Assembly: GCA_964187785.1 (NCBI GenBank)
Contig: OZ076410.1
Span: 51,708,001 to 51,772,000, forward strand
Source: Amphiscolops sp. MND2022
Lineage: Eukaryota
Length of the DNA: 64,000 nucleotides
Direction: 5' to 3'
Shown: piece by piece, positions 22,937 through 36,676 of the stretch
How the letters are laid out: each line of letters starts with the position of its first letter
Position numbering within the stretch: the stretch's first letter is position 1
The notes under the pieces: generated by a model
The model's input: the letters and a program-made list of their open reading frames with translations, nothing else
What the model was told of the DNA's origin: nothing
Database searches by the model: none
Translations under genes and position numbers: made by a program

Positions 22937-23900
22937 GATGTGCCATACTTCAGTGCGACCAGTAACTATCAACAACTTCTAATATATAATAGCTAGATCC
23001 CAGAAGGTAACTTTATTGTCGCAGGCAGGCATTTGCGATGTTTATTTGTCTTACCCATGAAGACGGAAGCAGCAGATTACATCTAGAGTAGTTAGCCAAT
23101 GATTGGACCTAATGTCCGCTTGACTTTAACAAACTTGAATCATATATGTCAAACTTTTATCTATAATCTTTGAATACGTGTATATATTTGTTCTTTTTTA
23201 TATCTAGTTTTATTTCACTGATGCTTCGAAAATCACCCAATTGAAGTATTTCAACCTGTTTGTCCAAGTTACTTCCAGGATTCAGGCATTTTCTGGCAAG
23301 TTAACCCTAAGATTCAGGCATTTTCTTCAAAATTACTTCCGAGAGTTGGCAATTTCTTCCAAGATCATCCAAGATTCATTGGTTTCTTGCAAGATCTTCC
23401 AAGAGACCTGCAAAAATAATAAATGGTCTTCCAAGATCTTGGAACTGATATTTGACGGATTCCTGCAAAAAATCTATGGAATTTTGACTAGGGTCGAAAC
23501 CAAAATGCCGATGGTCGCTTTTCTCCTGTTGAAATTTCAATTTCCTAATGTTTGGGAACGTTTATATAATATCAAATTTCCAAAACTTTTTCAGACATTG
23601 TAAACTTACGAATAACTGATAAACAAACACAGCAAAAATTGTCTGAATTGATAAACGAAACAGTTCGGCGCTATAAATAAAGCTCCTAAAAGCGCAAAGT
23701 TTTTACAAATGTTAAAGGGGAACCATTTGGCATTCTGAAAATCCAGTTTGTTGTAAATTATCAAAAAGCTCGAAAAATGTGAATTTTGAAACAGTCTGAT
23801 AGTGGCGAAAAACCCAAAAATTAAATCACTGCGGTCTTTTTGAAACTTCAATTCGCTGCAAAATATCAAACAAACTGAAGGGGGACCCTTTGGAGACAAA
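22937..23900 (+). repeat. ~1-kb block duplicated at ~25288-26230
   Basis: Shared sequence from GATGTG(C/A)CATAC through TTGAAGTATTTCAACCTG to the CCAAAGGG-family repeat. ORFs 23241 and 25588 are homologous. Confidence 0.88.
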
Positions 23901-23929
23901 AAAGAACATTTCAAAAAATCTGCAAAAAT

Positions 23930-25288
23930 TTAGCATCAAGATTTCCTGCATTTTGAATGTCATGTAAATTCGGTTATAGCATGTAAATTCGGGACACCTA
24001 GTCCCGGGGACGTTTCCAATTTACATACTTATTACGTTCAGTTGCAACAAAACTTTGATTTACAAGACAGAACAATTTTGAATTATTCCCTTGTAGCTAA
24101 TTCTTAGGGGTTCAACAAAGAGACAGAATGCAAAAGCCAAGAAATCTAGAGAATAAGACATGATGTCTGATCTTAATTATCTAGACATAATGGTAGGAAG
24201 TGAAAATGTCAACCCGGTAGAAAGGGAGTTGGCAAATACAATTGCGGTTCACTGAACCACTATGACACTGAGTCCAATTCACATCCTAAGGCGAATTCTT
24301 CCCAGGGAATCAAAGTCAGGATTCTGGTCAAGAAAACACAATACCAAGTCAATCAATAGAAACTTTTACAAATGAAATCAAACTGAGCTTGTCTGAAGAA
24401 ATGGAATCCGTGATGTTCATAATGCATTCAAAAATTATTAGTGCCATGAGCTCTGCGATAATTGAGAGAGTTATCCCGGAGATCCAAAATAAGGTGAGTT
24501 CATTATCTTCAGGAAACAGGGACACTGAGTCCGATTCGTCATCGAACAATCAGGACAAAAACAATGAAACGACTGGGTTCGAACTTGTAATTACAAAAAG
24601 GACAATAGGTCTGCCTTCGATCCAAGTGACACGGAGGACCTTAATCCTTACATGGTCACAGAAGCTACCGACACCTAACGGCAACACGACGAATCCACTC
24701 AAATCCGAACCTGGAGAGACAAGAATTGACTCACAATGTCTCTTCTGACACGACTCTGCCAGTCCCAGAGCCCGACGTTTCTAAATCGCTCCAGAACCCT
24801 ATCAACCGATTGGCCGACGTCCTGGTCAATCTGCAAAATAAGCCTCAATTAATGACGATTAGGCCAGTCACGGCAACACCGATGACATTTGATGACAAGA
24901 GCAAGAAATTCGAGCTCTTTGCGGATTTGTTCCAAAAATGATTGAAATGCAACCTGCAATGATAGAACAAAGGAAAAGTAATCAGTTCCCTTCATTGCTG
25001 AGAGAAGGGGCAGGAAGGGGCATTGCAGACATTTGGGAACATAAACCCAATAAACCGGTAAACTTCGTGCTAGTCGAATTCCGGCGAAATTACGTAGAAC
25101 AAGGAATCACAATCTACGGCAAAACAAAAATAGCCTAGGCACATTTTTGACCCTACGGTGACATGGTGTCTTTTTTGGTGAAAATGCCAAAAGCAAGATT
25201 GACAGCTTGTTATACGTTAAGCTGCCTGCAAAAATGAATTGGTCTGTCAAAATTACCTGTCTAGAGAATTGGACATACGATGAGATGT
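23930..25288 (+). mobile_element. Partial copy of the E2 family: 3' ~720 bp of LTR (to 24652), PBS-like site and gag start
   Basis: Colinear with ~27680-29225. The LTR end ...CCTTACA is followed by TGGTCACAGAAG. Gag motif PMTFDDKSKKFELFADLFQ. Confidence 0.85.
24653..24664 (+). other. Putative primer binding site
   Basis: TGGTCACAGAAG lies directly after the LTR-terminal CA and matches 10/12 to the tRNA-Leu-type PBS TGGTGTCAGAAG. The 28607 copy reads CGGTCACAGAAG. Confidence 0.45.
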
Positions 25289-26595
25289 GACATACGTCAG
25301 TGCGACCAGTAACAATCAACAATTTCTATTATATAATAGCTAGAGCCCAGAAGGTAACTTTTTTGTCGCAGGCAGGCCTCTGCGATGTTTATTTGTCTTA
25401 CCCATGAAGACGGAATCAGCAGATTACATCTAGAGTAGTTAGCCAATGATTGGACCTAATGTCCGCTTGACTTTAACAAACTTGAATCATATATGTCAAA
25501 CTTTTATCTATAATCTTTGAATACGTGTATATATTTGTTCTTTTTTATATCTAGTTTAACTTCACTGATGCTTCGAAAATCACCCAATTGAAGTATTTCA
25601 ACCTGTTTGTCCAAGTTACTTCCAGGATTCAGGCATTTTCTGGCAAGTTAATCCTAAGATTCAGGCATTTTCTTCAAAATTACTTCCGAGAGTTGGCAAT
25701 TTCTTCCAAGATTCGTTGTTTTCTTGCAAGATCTTGCGAGATCAGGTTTTTTTGCAAGATCTTCCAAGAGACCTGCAAAAATAATGAATGGTCTTCAAAG
25801 AGCTGGGAACTGATATTTGACAGATTCTTGCAAAAAATGTATGGAATTTCGATCAAGGTCGAAACCAAAATGCTTAGGGTTGCTTTTCTCCTGTTGAAAT
25901 TCCATTTTTCTGATGTTTGGGAACGTTTATTTGATATCAATTTTCCAAAACGTTTTCAGACATTGGAAACTTACGAAAAACTGATAAACAAACACAGCAA
26001 AAAGTGTCTGAATTAACAAACGAATCAGTTCGGCGTTATAAAAAAACTCAAGAAGCGCAAAGTTTTTAAATTTGTTAAAGGGGAACCATTTGGCATTCGG
26101 AAAATTCAATTTGTTGTAAATTGTCAAAAATCTCGAAAAATGTGAGTTTTGAAACAGGCTGATAGTGGCGAAAAACCCAAATATTAGGTCACTGTGGTCT
26201 TTTTGAAACTTCAATTTGCTGCAGAATATGGAACAATTTGAAGATAGTCTCTTCCGGTTTTGTATCTTCCAAAAAAAAGAGTACATGAAATGGGGCCGAT
26301 TGTACTAACTTAGATGCGTTTCCGGTTGCCAGGCTAGTACATTAGTAGTTCTGTACAAAGTGTCCACTACTCATACATTCTGTTGACTGACGAAAAAAAA
26401 TAGTCGGGCTACTTTCTGTATTAGTCGGGCTACTTTCTTTCAAAGGAAAAGGCGCCGACTAAAAAATTTTCATCAAAAATGAATGAAGTTACTACTAGTG
26501 GTATCAGAGAACGAAAAATTTTTCTATTCATTCGATCGAACAAACTTTTTATTTTTCAACAAAAACGAAGTTTTTTCAAGTATTGCAAAATCTAC

Positions 26596-28606
26596 TGTTG
26601 AAGTGAAAGGAAAACAGTAATCAAAGTCCAGGACAATTTGGAGTTTAAAATACATAAGAAAACAAAATCATTCACAAGTGTTACACCATTGACTTTTCCA
26701 GAAGAATGGTCAAAAGAAGTGTCACAGGCGATAGAAATGCCTGCGATCGAAATTTATACTCCATCGCTTACGACTACTATAGTACACTCCGTGGGACAAT
26801 CTCCCTCGATTGAGGAAGACACACTGGCCACCCGCCAACAAACTGCTAACAATTTGGATAAAAACTCTTGCAGTTTAATATTAGTCATGGACGTTTATTA
26901 CTTTCACAAGTAAAAGTTCTTATTCATACAAGTAGAAGTAGTATCGAACACCAAGGCGTACAGGCAAAGGAAACGTGTTCAAAAGCTTTCTTGCCTGTCG
27001 CCTTGGACAAGGCGTCCACTTCATTTCTAACCAATCAGGTGCCGATTTTTGTGCTTTCATTGATTGTGTACTATTTGCAAAAATAGTACTATTTGTGATA
27101 ATAAAGACAAGATGGCCAAGCGGTACTCATTAGCGTCCTTCTAGGACGACAAACCGCTGTGGCTATTGTTTATTTAGGACAGTGCTATTCAATTAGCGGT
27201 TGAAGTGCTATTATTAAATAACCGAGATGTATTTTCAAGCGATGCTTCTTAACGTTATGATGCGTCCCAAACGTCCATTTGTCATCAAGGCTGAGACAGT
27301 GGACTTCAATCTACTTTGCCAGTGAAACATTTTCCCCCTTTCCTGATTTTAGGCATCCCAAGGGAAAAAGACATGGTGGTCATGTTCCAAAATTCTCTCA
27401 ATTCGCACGTAAGTTATTAGCAGTTTATTAATGTTGCCTTATGTAACAATCGTGTTGGCCTTAGGGTCAATAATACACTATTATGTGAAAAGCTCTTGTT
27501 ATTAGTTTTAAAAAGGTTAAAGGAAGTGTTGCAGTTAATATAACGTCTCATGGTAACTGTAAACAAATTGGGCCTATGAGGCTTTGATGCTAAAAAGAGA
27601 ATGTCAAATTACGTCACCAGGTGTCTGCAGTGACACGTTGTATTGTTTGTTACTATTTTAAACTTCGTATTCTAAAAACAGCTTCAAGATTTTCTACATT
27701 TTGAATGTCATGTAAATTTGGGTATAAATACCCGGGACAACTAGTCCCGGGGACGTTTCCAATTTACATACTTGTTACGTTCAGTTGCAGCGAAACTTCG
27801 ATTTACAAGACAGAACAATTTTGAATTATTTTCTTGTAGCCATTTCTTAGGGCTTCAACAAGGAGACATAATGCAATAGCCAGGAAATCTAGAGAATAAG
27901 AGATGATGTCCTATCTTAATAATCTAGAAATAATGGTAGGAAGTGAAGACCAGGTCGAAAGGGAGTTGGCAAATACAATTGTGGGTCACTGAACAACTAT
28001 GACAGTGAGTACAATTCATATCCTAGGGCGAATTCTTCCCAGGGACATTAGAGTGCATAGGCAAGCTAAATTTGCTCAAAGCACAATTTTGCGCTTTCAA
28101 TACCTCGGCTTCCACGACCATACCTTCAACCGTGCAAAAACGGAAAATTACGTCATAAGTCCCAGATTCCACGGACAAGCATGCCACGGACAAGCAACTG
28201 AATTTTCGTGTCCCGGATACCACGACAAGCAGCAAAATAGTTTGACTATGCACTGTAGTGGAACCGAATTCAGGATTTTAGTCAAGAAAGCACAATACCA
28301 AGTCAATCAATAGAAACTTTTACAAATGAAATCACTCTGAGCTTGTCGCAAGAAATGGAATCCGTGATGTCCATAATGCATTCACAAATTATTAGTGCCA
28401 TGAGCTCTGCGATAATTGAAAGAGTAATCCCGGAGATCCAAAATAAGGTGAGTTCATTATCTTCAGGAAACAGGGACACTGAGTCCGATTCGTCATTGAA
28501 CAATCAGGACAAAAACAATGAAACGACTGGGTTCGAACTTGTAATTACAAAAAGGACAGTAGGTCTGCCTTCGATCCAAGTGACACGGAGGACCTTAATC
28601 CTTACA
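26596..28606 (+). repeat. E2 5' LTR
   Basis: Colinear with 54270-56860. Ends CCTTACA followed by a PBS-like site. The start is approximate. Confidence 0.8.
28046..28260. mobile_element. 215-bp CACTA/CMC-like MITE in the E2 5' LTR
   Basis: TIR CA(T/C)TA(G/C)AGTGCATAG, right end ...TGTAGTG, 2-bp GA duplication, internal CCACGGACAAGC repeats. Absent from the 24320 and 56490 copies. Confidence 0.8.
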
Positions 28607-31600
28607 CGGTCACAGAAGTTACCGACACCTAACGGCAACACGACGAATCCACTCAAATCCGAACCTGAGACCAGAATTGACTCACAATGTCTCTTCTGAC
28701 ACGACTCTGCCAGTCCCAGAGCCCGACGTTTCTAAATCGCTCCAGAACCCTATCAACCGATTGGCCGACGTCCTGGTCAATCTGCAAAATAAGCCTCAAT
28801 CAATGACGATTAGGCCAGTCACGGCAACACCGATGACATTTGATGACAAGAGCAAGAAATTCGAGCTCTTTGCGGATATGTTCCAAAAATTATTGAAATG
28901 CAACCTGCAATGATAAAACAAAGGAAAAGTAATCGATTCCCTTCATTGCTGAGAGAAGGGGCATTGCAGACATTTAGTACATAAACCCAATAAACCGGTA
29001 AACTTCGTGCTAGTCATATTCCGCTGAAAATACGTAAAACAAGGAATCACAATCTACGGCAAAACACAAATTGCAAAGGCACATTTTTGACCCTACGGTG
29101 ACACGGTGTCTTTTTTGGTGAAAATGCAGAAAGCAAGCTTGACAGCTTGTTATACGTTAAGCTGCCAGCAAAACTAGAACGATCTGTCAAAATAGCCCGT
29201 CTAGAGAATTGGACATACGATGAGATTGTAGCACAACATGAATGAAAACTAAAACCCAATGCATTGGAGGAATCAGATGTCTTACCAATGGCCACAATGG
29301 AGTCAACATCCACAAGTAGCCGCAACTTGCTGTCCAATGGGTTCGACAGCAACAAAGGTGCCCAAAACTTTTACTGCAAAACTAATGAAGATTTCTGAAA
29401 AAATGTCCGAAATTGAAAAAGAAAAAGGAAATGGTGGACAAAAACGCCAAAAAAAGGCAGCGTCAAACATACCCACCACGTGAAATATGTGGGACAAAAA
29501 ACCACCCAACAGAAAGGTGTTGGCGAGGCGCTGGAGATCATCTACGTGTTAATAGGACTCGACAAGATGATAAAACCTCAAGTGATGAAGGGAAATAAAG
29601 TAGGCCAATAACTCCGAAACGTCCACTTCAGGCCAATCAACCTCGAAGAAGCCTGATTCAAAAAACTAACTTCACCTTGACTCGAAATACAATACGTCAT
29701 ATTAGACCCTTCAACAATCAAACATAGCCAAGTCATAAGGTATACATATGGAACTCCATCCATTGTCTGCCAGCAACACATGGAAAAAACATGTATCAAA
29801 ACCTATTAATTAGTATATAATGATCGTCCAGGCAGATACTATAAAACAAACTGTACTAAAGACTTTAGCACTCAATTTAGACCATTGTAAACTGTCGAAG
29901 ATTTAAGCCCTCATTACAATGACCCCGAGTGCGGCGCAAACCCGTATTGGGATTAAGATCTTTTTGACAAGGAAAATCTGAAATTGAGATGTGACGACTA
30001 CCCTCCAATAGACGACGAGGATGATCCCGTGATTGAAGACAGAAAACATCACGAGCCCTCGTTGAATCATGGCAGCCAAACTCAGAAGTCAACACACTTG
30101 AGCAATAATACAACACGAAAGTGTGCCTCAGGACAAAAACAGATTTCTAAACGAGAATACAAACGAACGATGCTATATTTCCCAATGGATTTTGAAGAAT
30201 TGACCATAGATGGACTAATACACGCTGGGGCCCTATCAAGTGCAAAACCAGAGGCTGACCTCAGGAAAATCCGACTCTTAGCGCAACAGTCAATAACAAA
30301 AAAAAGTTCTTGCGTCCACTTTCCAAATCATGGTCGCAAAAGGTCAAGTAGAGACTCCGAAGAGCACCGTCAAACTCAAATTCGAGATTGGGGATATAGA
30401 GTTCCATGAAATTATCATAGTCATGCAAAAAACTGACTGGCCCAATTGTAGGACTCGTGTTCTTACAAAAAACGATAAAGTCCTGGACATACGACAAAGC
30501 ATACTCATTTTTCCCTATTTCTCTATGCAACTTAAAACGGCTGACCACAAGTATTGAAACGTCATGAACCCATACTCAACCCAGAAGACGTGACAGTCCT
30601 GTCGATACACTCACAGTTTACGCGGCGGATGCAGTCACGGGCGTATTACAACCCAGTGACCTCCTGCATGAAGAAGAAGACAAAGTAACAATATGCGCTG
30701 CAATCGTCACCTTGACCAAAAGAAATGTAAAAGTGCATGCCAATGACTTCACAGACCAGCCTTATAAAATTAAAAAGGGATTGTCTGTTGCCTAGTTCTT
30801 CGTGATGACTCCTAAGCAAATGAAACCAGTCGAACCAATAGACACAGTGTTCACTTTGCATCGACTGAAAGAAAACGAGGAAGACGCAATTTATTATATC
30901 AGCAGGCTTCTCAAAGCTAACAGAAACAATGATCAATACGAACAATGTTAGGTTCCGACACCAGAAAATCCAGGAGACGAGGAGTCTCACACGCCAATAC
31001 AACAACGAATCCTAAAAGAACTCCGCAACTTGCAAGAAGCGAAGAAATTATTTCTGCAAGATGATCAAAAATCTAGACGCAAGTTCCTCAGCAACTTTGA
31101 CTGGAAGGACTCACGGCTACAGCAGTATGAGATCAAACGAATTGAATCGCTTTCATTAGAGTAGGTAGAGTTTCATGAAATCTTTGCCCGTCATAGATTT
31201 GACAAACTAACCCTGAAAAACGATTCACCTGCAAAAAGCCAAAGTTTGCCTACCTCAATCAATTCAAAACAGGACATGCTGGATGAATTGGCTGTACTCA
31301 CCAAATACGGCATTATCACAACTCAAGCATACTCTAAATATGCGAGCCCCATATTTGTGCAGAAAAGGCCCAATGTGAAACTAAGACTGCTGGTTGACCT
31401 GCGAAAGAATAATTATCTTATCTCAGATCATTACTTTAACAATATTCACCCAGTCAGTATCCTGACGGACGCCGCAAAACACATGGCGAGGAAAAACTTC
31501 TATATAAACTCAACTGCTCGCAGGCCTACCATGGTTTGCAAATGGCGGACCAACGGTCCATTGAAATACTAGCCTTCAATTGCGCAAGCAGAACTTTCGC

Positions 31601-34070
31601 CTACAGGAGACTAGCTCAAGGACTCAATAGATCCTTGTCGGCCTTTTCCAGTTTCATGAAGGAAACATTGGACCAAGTCGTAAAGGCGGACCAAGGTGCA
31701 CAATATGTGGACGATACTGGAATCGCAGCTAACGACGCCGACCACTTCATCAAAAACCTGAGGACGACCTTTGAATGCATCAGAGAAGCTGGACTAAAAC
31801 TAACGATTCACAAATGCCATTTTGGCGCAAATGGAAATGATTTTTTGCAAAGGACCAGCACCCTAGAAGGTGCCAAGCCACAAATAGAACGCATCCACAA
31901 CTTCCTGGAAAAAAGTCCAAGAAGGCATTACAGCAATGTTTTAGCTTCCTCAACTCTTATAGGAACGACATACCAAGTTTAGCAGAAAAAGTAGCACTGT
32001 TTTTTCATCTCTTTCAAAAAGAAGAACCAGTTCCAGTTACCACAGAGCTGGCACAGCAATTCAACGAGAATAAACAAGATCTTGACAGGTGTAGCCAACT
32101 AGCCATGAAACTTCCGTTACCGAATAAACCACTGGTCCTGACGTCAGACGCAAGTTTCAAAGCAGCCGGTTATGCCATTCTGACCGAAGATGACCCAAAT
32201 CAAGAGTATACTTCTGCCAAAAAGTCCTACGCCCCAATCGGCAATGGATCGAAAACATTATCTCCCTCACAGTTGAAAATTTTAATATATGCAAAAGAAT
32301 TCCTAGCCATATATTACGCCTCCAAGGAGTTTGTACATGTTTTTTGGGGAGTACCCGAACCAATATCTTTTCTCACAGATACAAATTCGGTCACGAGGTT
32401 CTTCCAGACAAAAATTATATCACCGCTGCCCTGGAATGCTTGTGATTATGTGACACTATTCAATTTTATCATAGCTCACATTGCAGGCAAAAACAACACA
32501 GAGGCAGACTACCTGTCGCGTGTGGAAACGGATCCAAACAAAACATTGATCCTAAAAATACGCGAGGATGTCGAAACCAGGCCCATCGAGGTCAATGTCA
32601 ATGTCCAATCAGCCGGCGTGTCCGAGGAGGAATAAGTGTTCTTCACAGAAGAAGATTAAGAAACAGAAAAACAGATTTGTGAAATTGTCCAAAACAGAAA
32701 AAATTGTCCAAAACGGGACACAAGGTCGATAAGACTGTAATACAAATTGCCGTGATATCCAAAAGCACAATGGATGAGATTATCAATTTCACCTAGAAGT
32801 TACACAGAACCAAACAAATAATGTTTGGAACAACCTAGATACCCGATTTTACTCCCACTCAAAACGAAAATACAGAAAAAAGAATGTTCAGAAAAATTCT
32901 TCAACAAGACATTCGGTAGAAACACTATTTGAACAACTTAGACCGATAAGTCCTTAAGGACGAAATTGTCTCGAGGCAAGTACCATCAGATACTACTTCC
33001 TAAACACTTAATAAAAAGAACTGTTGCAGGCCTTACTAACAAGTCACGGCACACAAACGCTACAAAATCTACAAGAAATCCAACAAGAAATCCACCCAGG
33101 CATAGCAAAACTTGATAAAAGATGGGTATGAAAATAAAAACGTGTGCCAAGGACAATAGCGTCCCAAATAACGCAATAATGCCTGAACTGCCTAACTTGA
33201 CGGAATGGGGATTAGGTCCAGAAGACGTCATTCAAACTGATTTACTGTCAAATTTACCCACCAGTGGCGGATACCAAACAGTGATGACAGCAATTGATGT
33301 TTTCTCAACATACTTATTCGCCTACCCGCTAATTGAGGCGAGAGCTTCAAATATAGCCAAAGAGTTATTTAATATCATGACAAAAAACTCAATTTTGCCA
33401 ACAACCCTCAACATAGACAAGGAGTTTGCATTTACGTCAACAATTGTAGCAGAAACTGCTCAAATTTTGAGAACAACACTCGAATGCGCAACAACTAAAC
33501 ATTCCCAAACTTGGAAGGACGCGTGCAACTCTCAAGACAAATTTGAAAATGACCTCGGGGGAATACCGTCATCAATGGAACCAAAACTTGCCACTAGCAG
33601 TGCTCAACTATAACACTACATATCACTCTAATATGGGATGTGAGCGGAGCAAGGTATTCCAGTCCCTACAACGTTCCAGATTACAAATTAGGAATTACCC
33701 CTATTAAAAAGTTCCTGCAAACAACTGAATTTGTGGGAGACTAAAAGGACTCAAAATTTGACTGTAAAACCAAAAAAACAATGCAGTTGTATCAAACTAC
33801 AAGTATTACTATGACCGGAAGGCCAAGGCTGCCTCGCTTAAAGAAAACGATCATTGCTTTACTGTACAATCTAAACCCGACAGCCAGGGATCAAAAATAC
33901 CGTTCGGAGACTTTAGATTGATGGACCATTTGTCATTCAAAAGGTGTAGTCAAATAACAATTACATTGAACGTCGACTAAATATCAACAAAACACAGATT
34001 TTACACTGAATCAGGCTCAAAAACTTTGTCCCAAACACGCCCAAAAAGGACAAATTATCCGAAGAGAAAC
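28343..34070 (+). pseudogene. E2 gag-pol pseudogene
   Basis: Gag (TFDDKSKKFELF; degenerate knuckle ICGTKNHPTERC), protease (LTIDGLIHAGALSS), RT (QYVDDTGIAA ~31700), RNase H (LTSDASFKAAGY, YAKEFLAIY), integrase (VIQTDLL, DVFSTYLFAYP). Many frameshifts. Confidence 0.92.
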
Positions 34071-34599
34071 TACAGCCAGTAGAAACTATTTCGATTAAGA
34101 GCTGTTTGAACCGAGAAAAGATAAATAGCTGGATACGGCCACACGCCTACTGAACGACGCCACAAGCGACAGAGTGGACTATTACGTCAGTGAAGAGAAT
34201 GAAAGCCGCAGCGCGAATGATACCGAAAGCTGCAGCGAGGAAAAGAATGAAAACGAAGGCAGCGAGAAGTAAAAGGTCCAAGACCAGCCAGCAGCCGAGA
34301 CGTGACGTCCCCGCTGAATGAACCGGTGGCGAAAATAATACCGTGAAGGGAGTATCAGAAAAGGAAAATCCTAAAGAAAAGAAACTTTTTGCCCCAGATG
34401 AGGAAAATTTAATCTTCAATCTAACCCCATCCCAACTTCACTGAAGAACACAGATACTAGTCAGACATGTAAATTAAGGTCCTTTTTGTCCTTTTGACTA
34501 ACCGACTCACTTTGCTTGTGAATAATCTGAATACCCAAAGTACTCATTGGCGATCATAACAAAAAATAAAAATCCAAACGACAATGAATACCATAAACA

Positions 34600-35187
34600 C
34601 AATCAAACTGCTGAAAAGTAAATACAAATACTCATAACGGACAGTTTGGAGACACACAACAACAAAAGACAAATGTACACTATGTACATTTTGTTTTTAG
34701 AAGAGCTGCAATCAGAGTTCCTCGAAAGTTGTACGGCATCAGTTGACTCAGTCGATCGAAATGAACTATCTTCTTGCTTTTGCAAGGAGAACGTTTGGAT
34801 TGCTTACCATCAGCACTAGAAGAGGATGAACTAGCAGAGCGAGTGATTGGTTTCGGCTGCTTTTCCAGAGTGTTCTGAAAAAAACATGAGACTTTATGGA
34901 AACTGGTTTTTCCAAAAAGGTCGCCATGAGACCAAGGGTCACCGGGAACACTTCCACTACTGAAGTTGGCCCAAGGTCTCGATAAGTGTGCAGGGAAGCC
35001 TCTGTGGTACAAATAGCAACAGAGTCCGGCACGTTAGCAAGATAAGATTGGGCAGGCATTGTTACCTCGGAAAGCCGACTTCGGGAATCTCCACTGTCCA
35101 CCCCAGGGAATTTGACAGCTGTTTCTCCTGCTCTAAAGGCAACGTTAACAAGACAACGGGATCGGAACTATTTAGCCCACGTACAAT
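34600..35187 (-). pseudogene. E2 antisense gene, C-terminal piece left of the E3 insertion
   Basis: Continues in frame from ORF 48619-49026 once E3 and one TSD copy are removed (...FLADISLNAV|IVRGLNSSDPVVLL...). Confidence 0.75.
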
Positions 35188-35192
35188 GTCGG

Positions 35193-36676
35193 TGTGATAA
35201 TCCTCCTCTGCGCAGTTTTCATTTATCTTTATAGTATCATCTAAGTCGAGATTTTGGATGGGTGGAAATCGGTTGAATTGGAGTTCTAAGTTCGTTTGTT
35301 TCTGATGGCCTAAAAGAAAAAGCCTGCATTCTGTTTTCTCAATTTTCAGTATCAGATGCGTTTATTCCACCGTCATCGCGGTTTTTGTGTTTGGGCGTTT
35401 CTATTCTCGATGTAGTTTTTCTATTCATTATCATTTCTACTGGGAATTGATTGTGTTCTTCTACTGTTTTTCACTTCTCTTAACATCCTTTCTAACTTTT
35501 CGTTCATCTCTTTCCTTAGTTCTGCCATTTCTTTGTTCGTATTATCCGTTACTCTTTGTGTTCACACTTGCATTTGGTTTTCATTTTGTCTAGAATCATT
35601 TAAAACAACTTCTCGTAACTGAACCAACATTATCAAAAATACTAAGATGTTCAATCATAGTCTTATTACCTTGCGATGCCTCTGCTTCTGAAGCTCTTAG
35701 GTATTTCTCAAGTGAGGGTGATTGTCTTCGTCTGGATCTCCTATTTCTTTTGTTTGCCATCTTAGGTTGGTTAAACTAATGTTTGTTGGAGAGAAGAATT
35801 TCGATTGATTCGGATGATGAAATGAAATAGAGTTGGGAACAAAGTTGAGAAAGTTGTTACTAGGATAACACAGACTCGTGGTGAGATAATTTGCAAAAAG
35901 TATTTCCAAAAAGGTAAGAAAAGTAGGTTTCATCAGTTTGGAAGTTTTTTGAGGAAGGTAATTTTATGGTGTTTTTCTGACTCTCTTTTTTATCGCGGTC
36001 TATTTTTGGCAAAATGACATTACGTGACCTGTAAAAATAGCGCCATTTTATTTTACTTGACATAAAAAGAGGTTCTTACATGACATCATTCCAATGAATA
36101 GGATTGTCCATGACGTGATCATCTGCCTTATGATTGGCAACAGCAATTCAATTACTGTAATGTTAACAAAGCGTTAATGGAAGTGGATGTATAGTACAGT
36201 ATGACTCATTGTTTTTATAAATCGTTTGATGCTGAATGTTTTCGAAAAAACACAGAATAGTCATACTGCTAAGAAGTTACGTCGGGAGTAATAAAGGAAC
36301 AAAATTATCTTGCATTATACTGCAAGCTCAATCCTGCAATCTGATTGAATAGTTAATTCAATATAAATTATGCTCGTACAAAGATGAGCACACTTCTTTC
36401 ATTTCACTGGTAAATGAACGGAGTAGCATCATGAATAAGGTCATTGTTTAATTTATACCGTATGTTTGTTTACACACGGCTCAGCATCAATGGTGGGATT
36501 TACGAAACATAAGCAACAAACAAGTTACTGCATTGCTGGTGTTAAAACATTACAAATAAGTTTACATGACTTAAGTTTGGAGCGATAATGAGTTTTTAAT
36601 GAGTTTCTGCTGACTGGTTGAAATATTTGCCTTTAGTGTTGCACTACGGACCCAACGCAAGCTCTAGGCTGCGACA
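35193..36676 (-). repeat. E3 3' LTR
   Basis: Homologous to 47166-48696 (roughly 80% in stretches compared by eye). Contains the gag start and ends ...TTATCACA. Confidence 0.88.

Noticed and set aside
26498-26508. TGGTATCAGAG resembling a tRNA-Met PBS
   Set aside because: That PBS is the plant initiator type, and there is no LTR end before it or gag after it. Likely chance.
35193-36676. Initially read as a solo LTR
   Set aside because: It has no TSD of its own. The TSD and restored reading frame pair it with 47166-48696 as the 3' LTR of E3.
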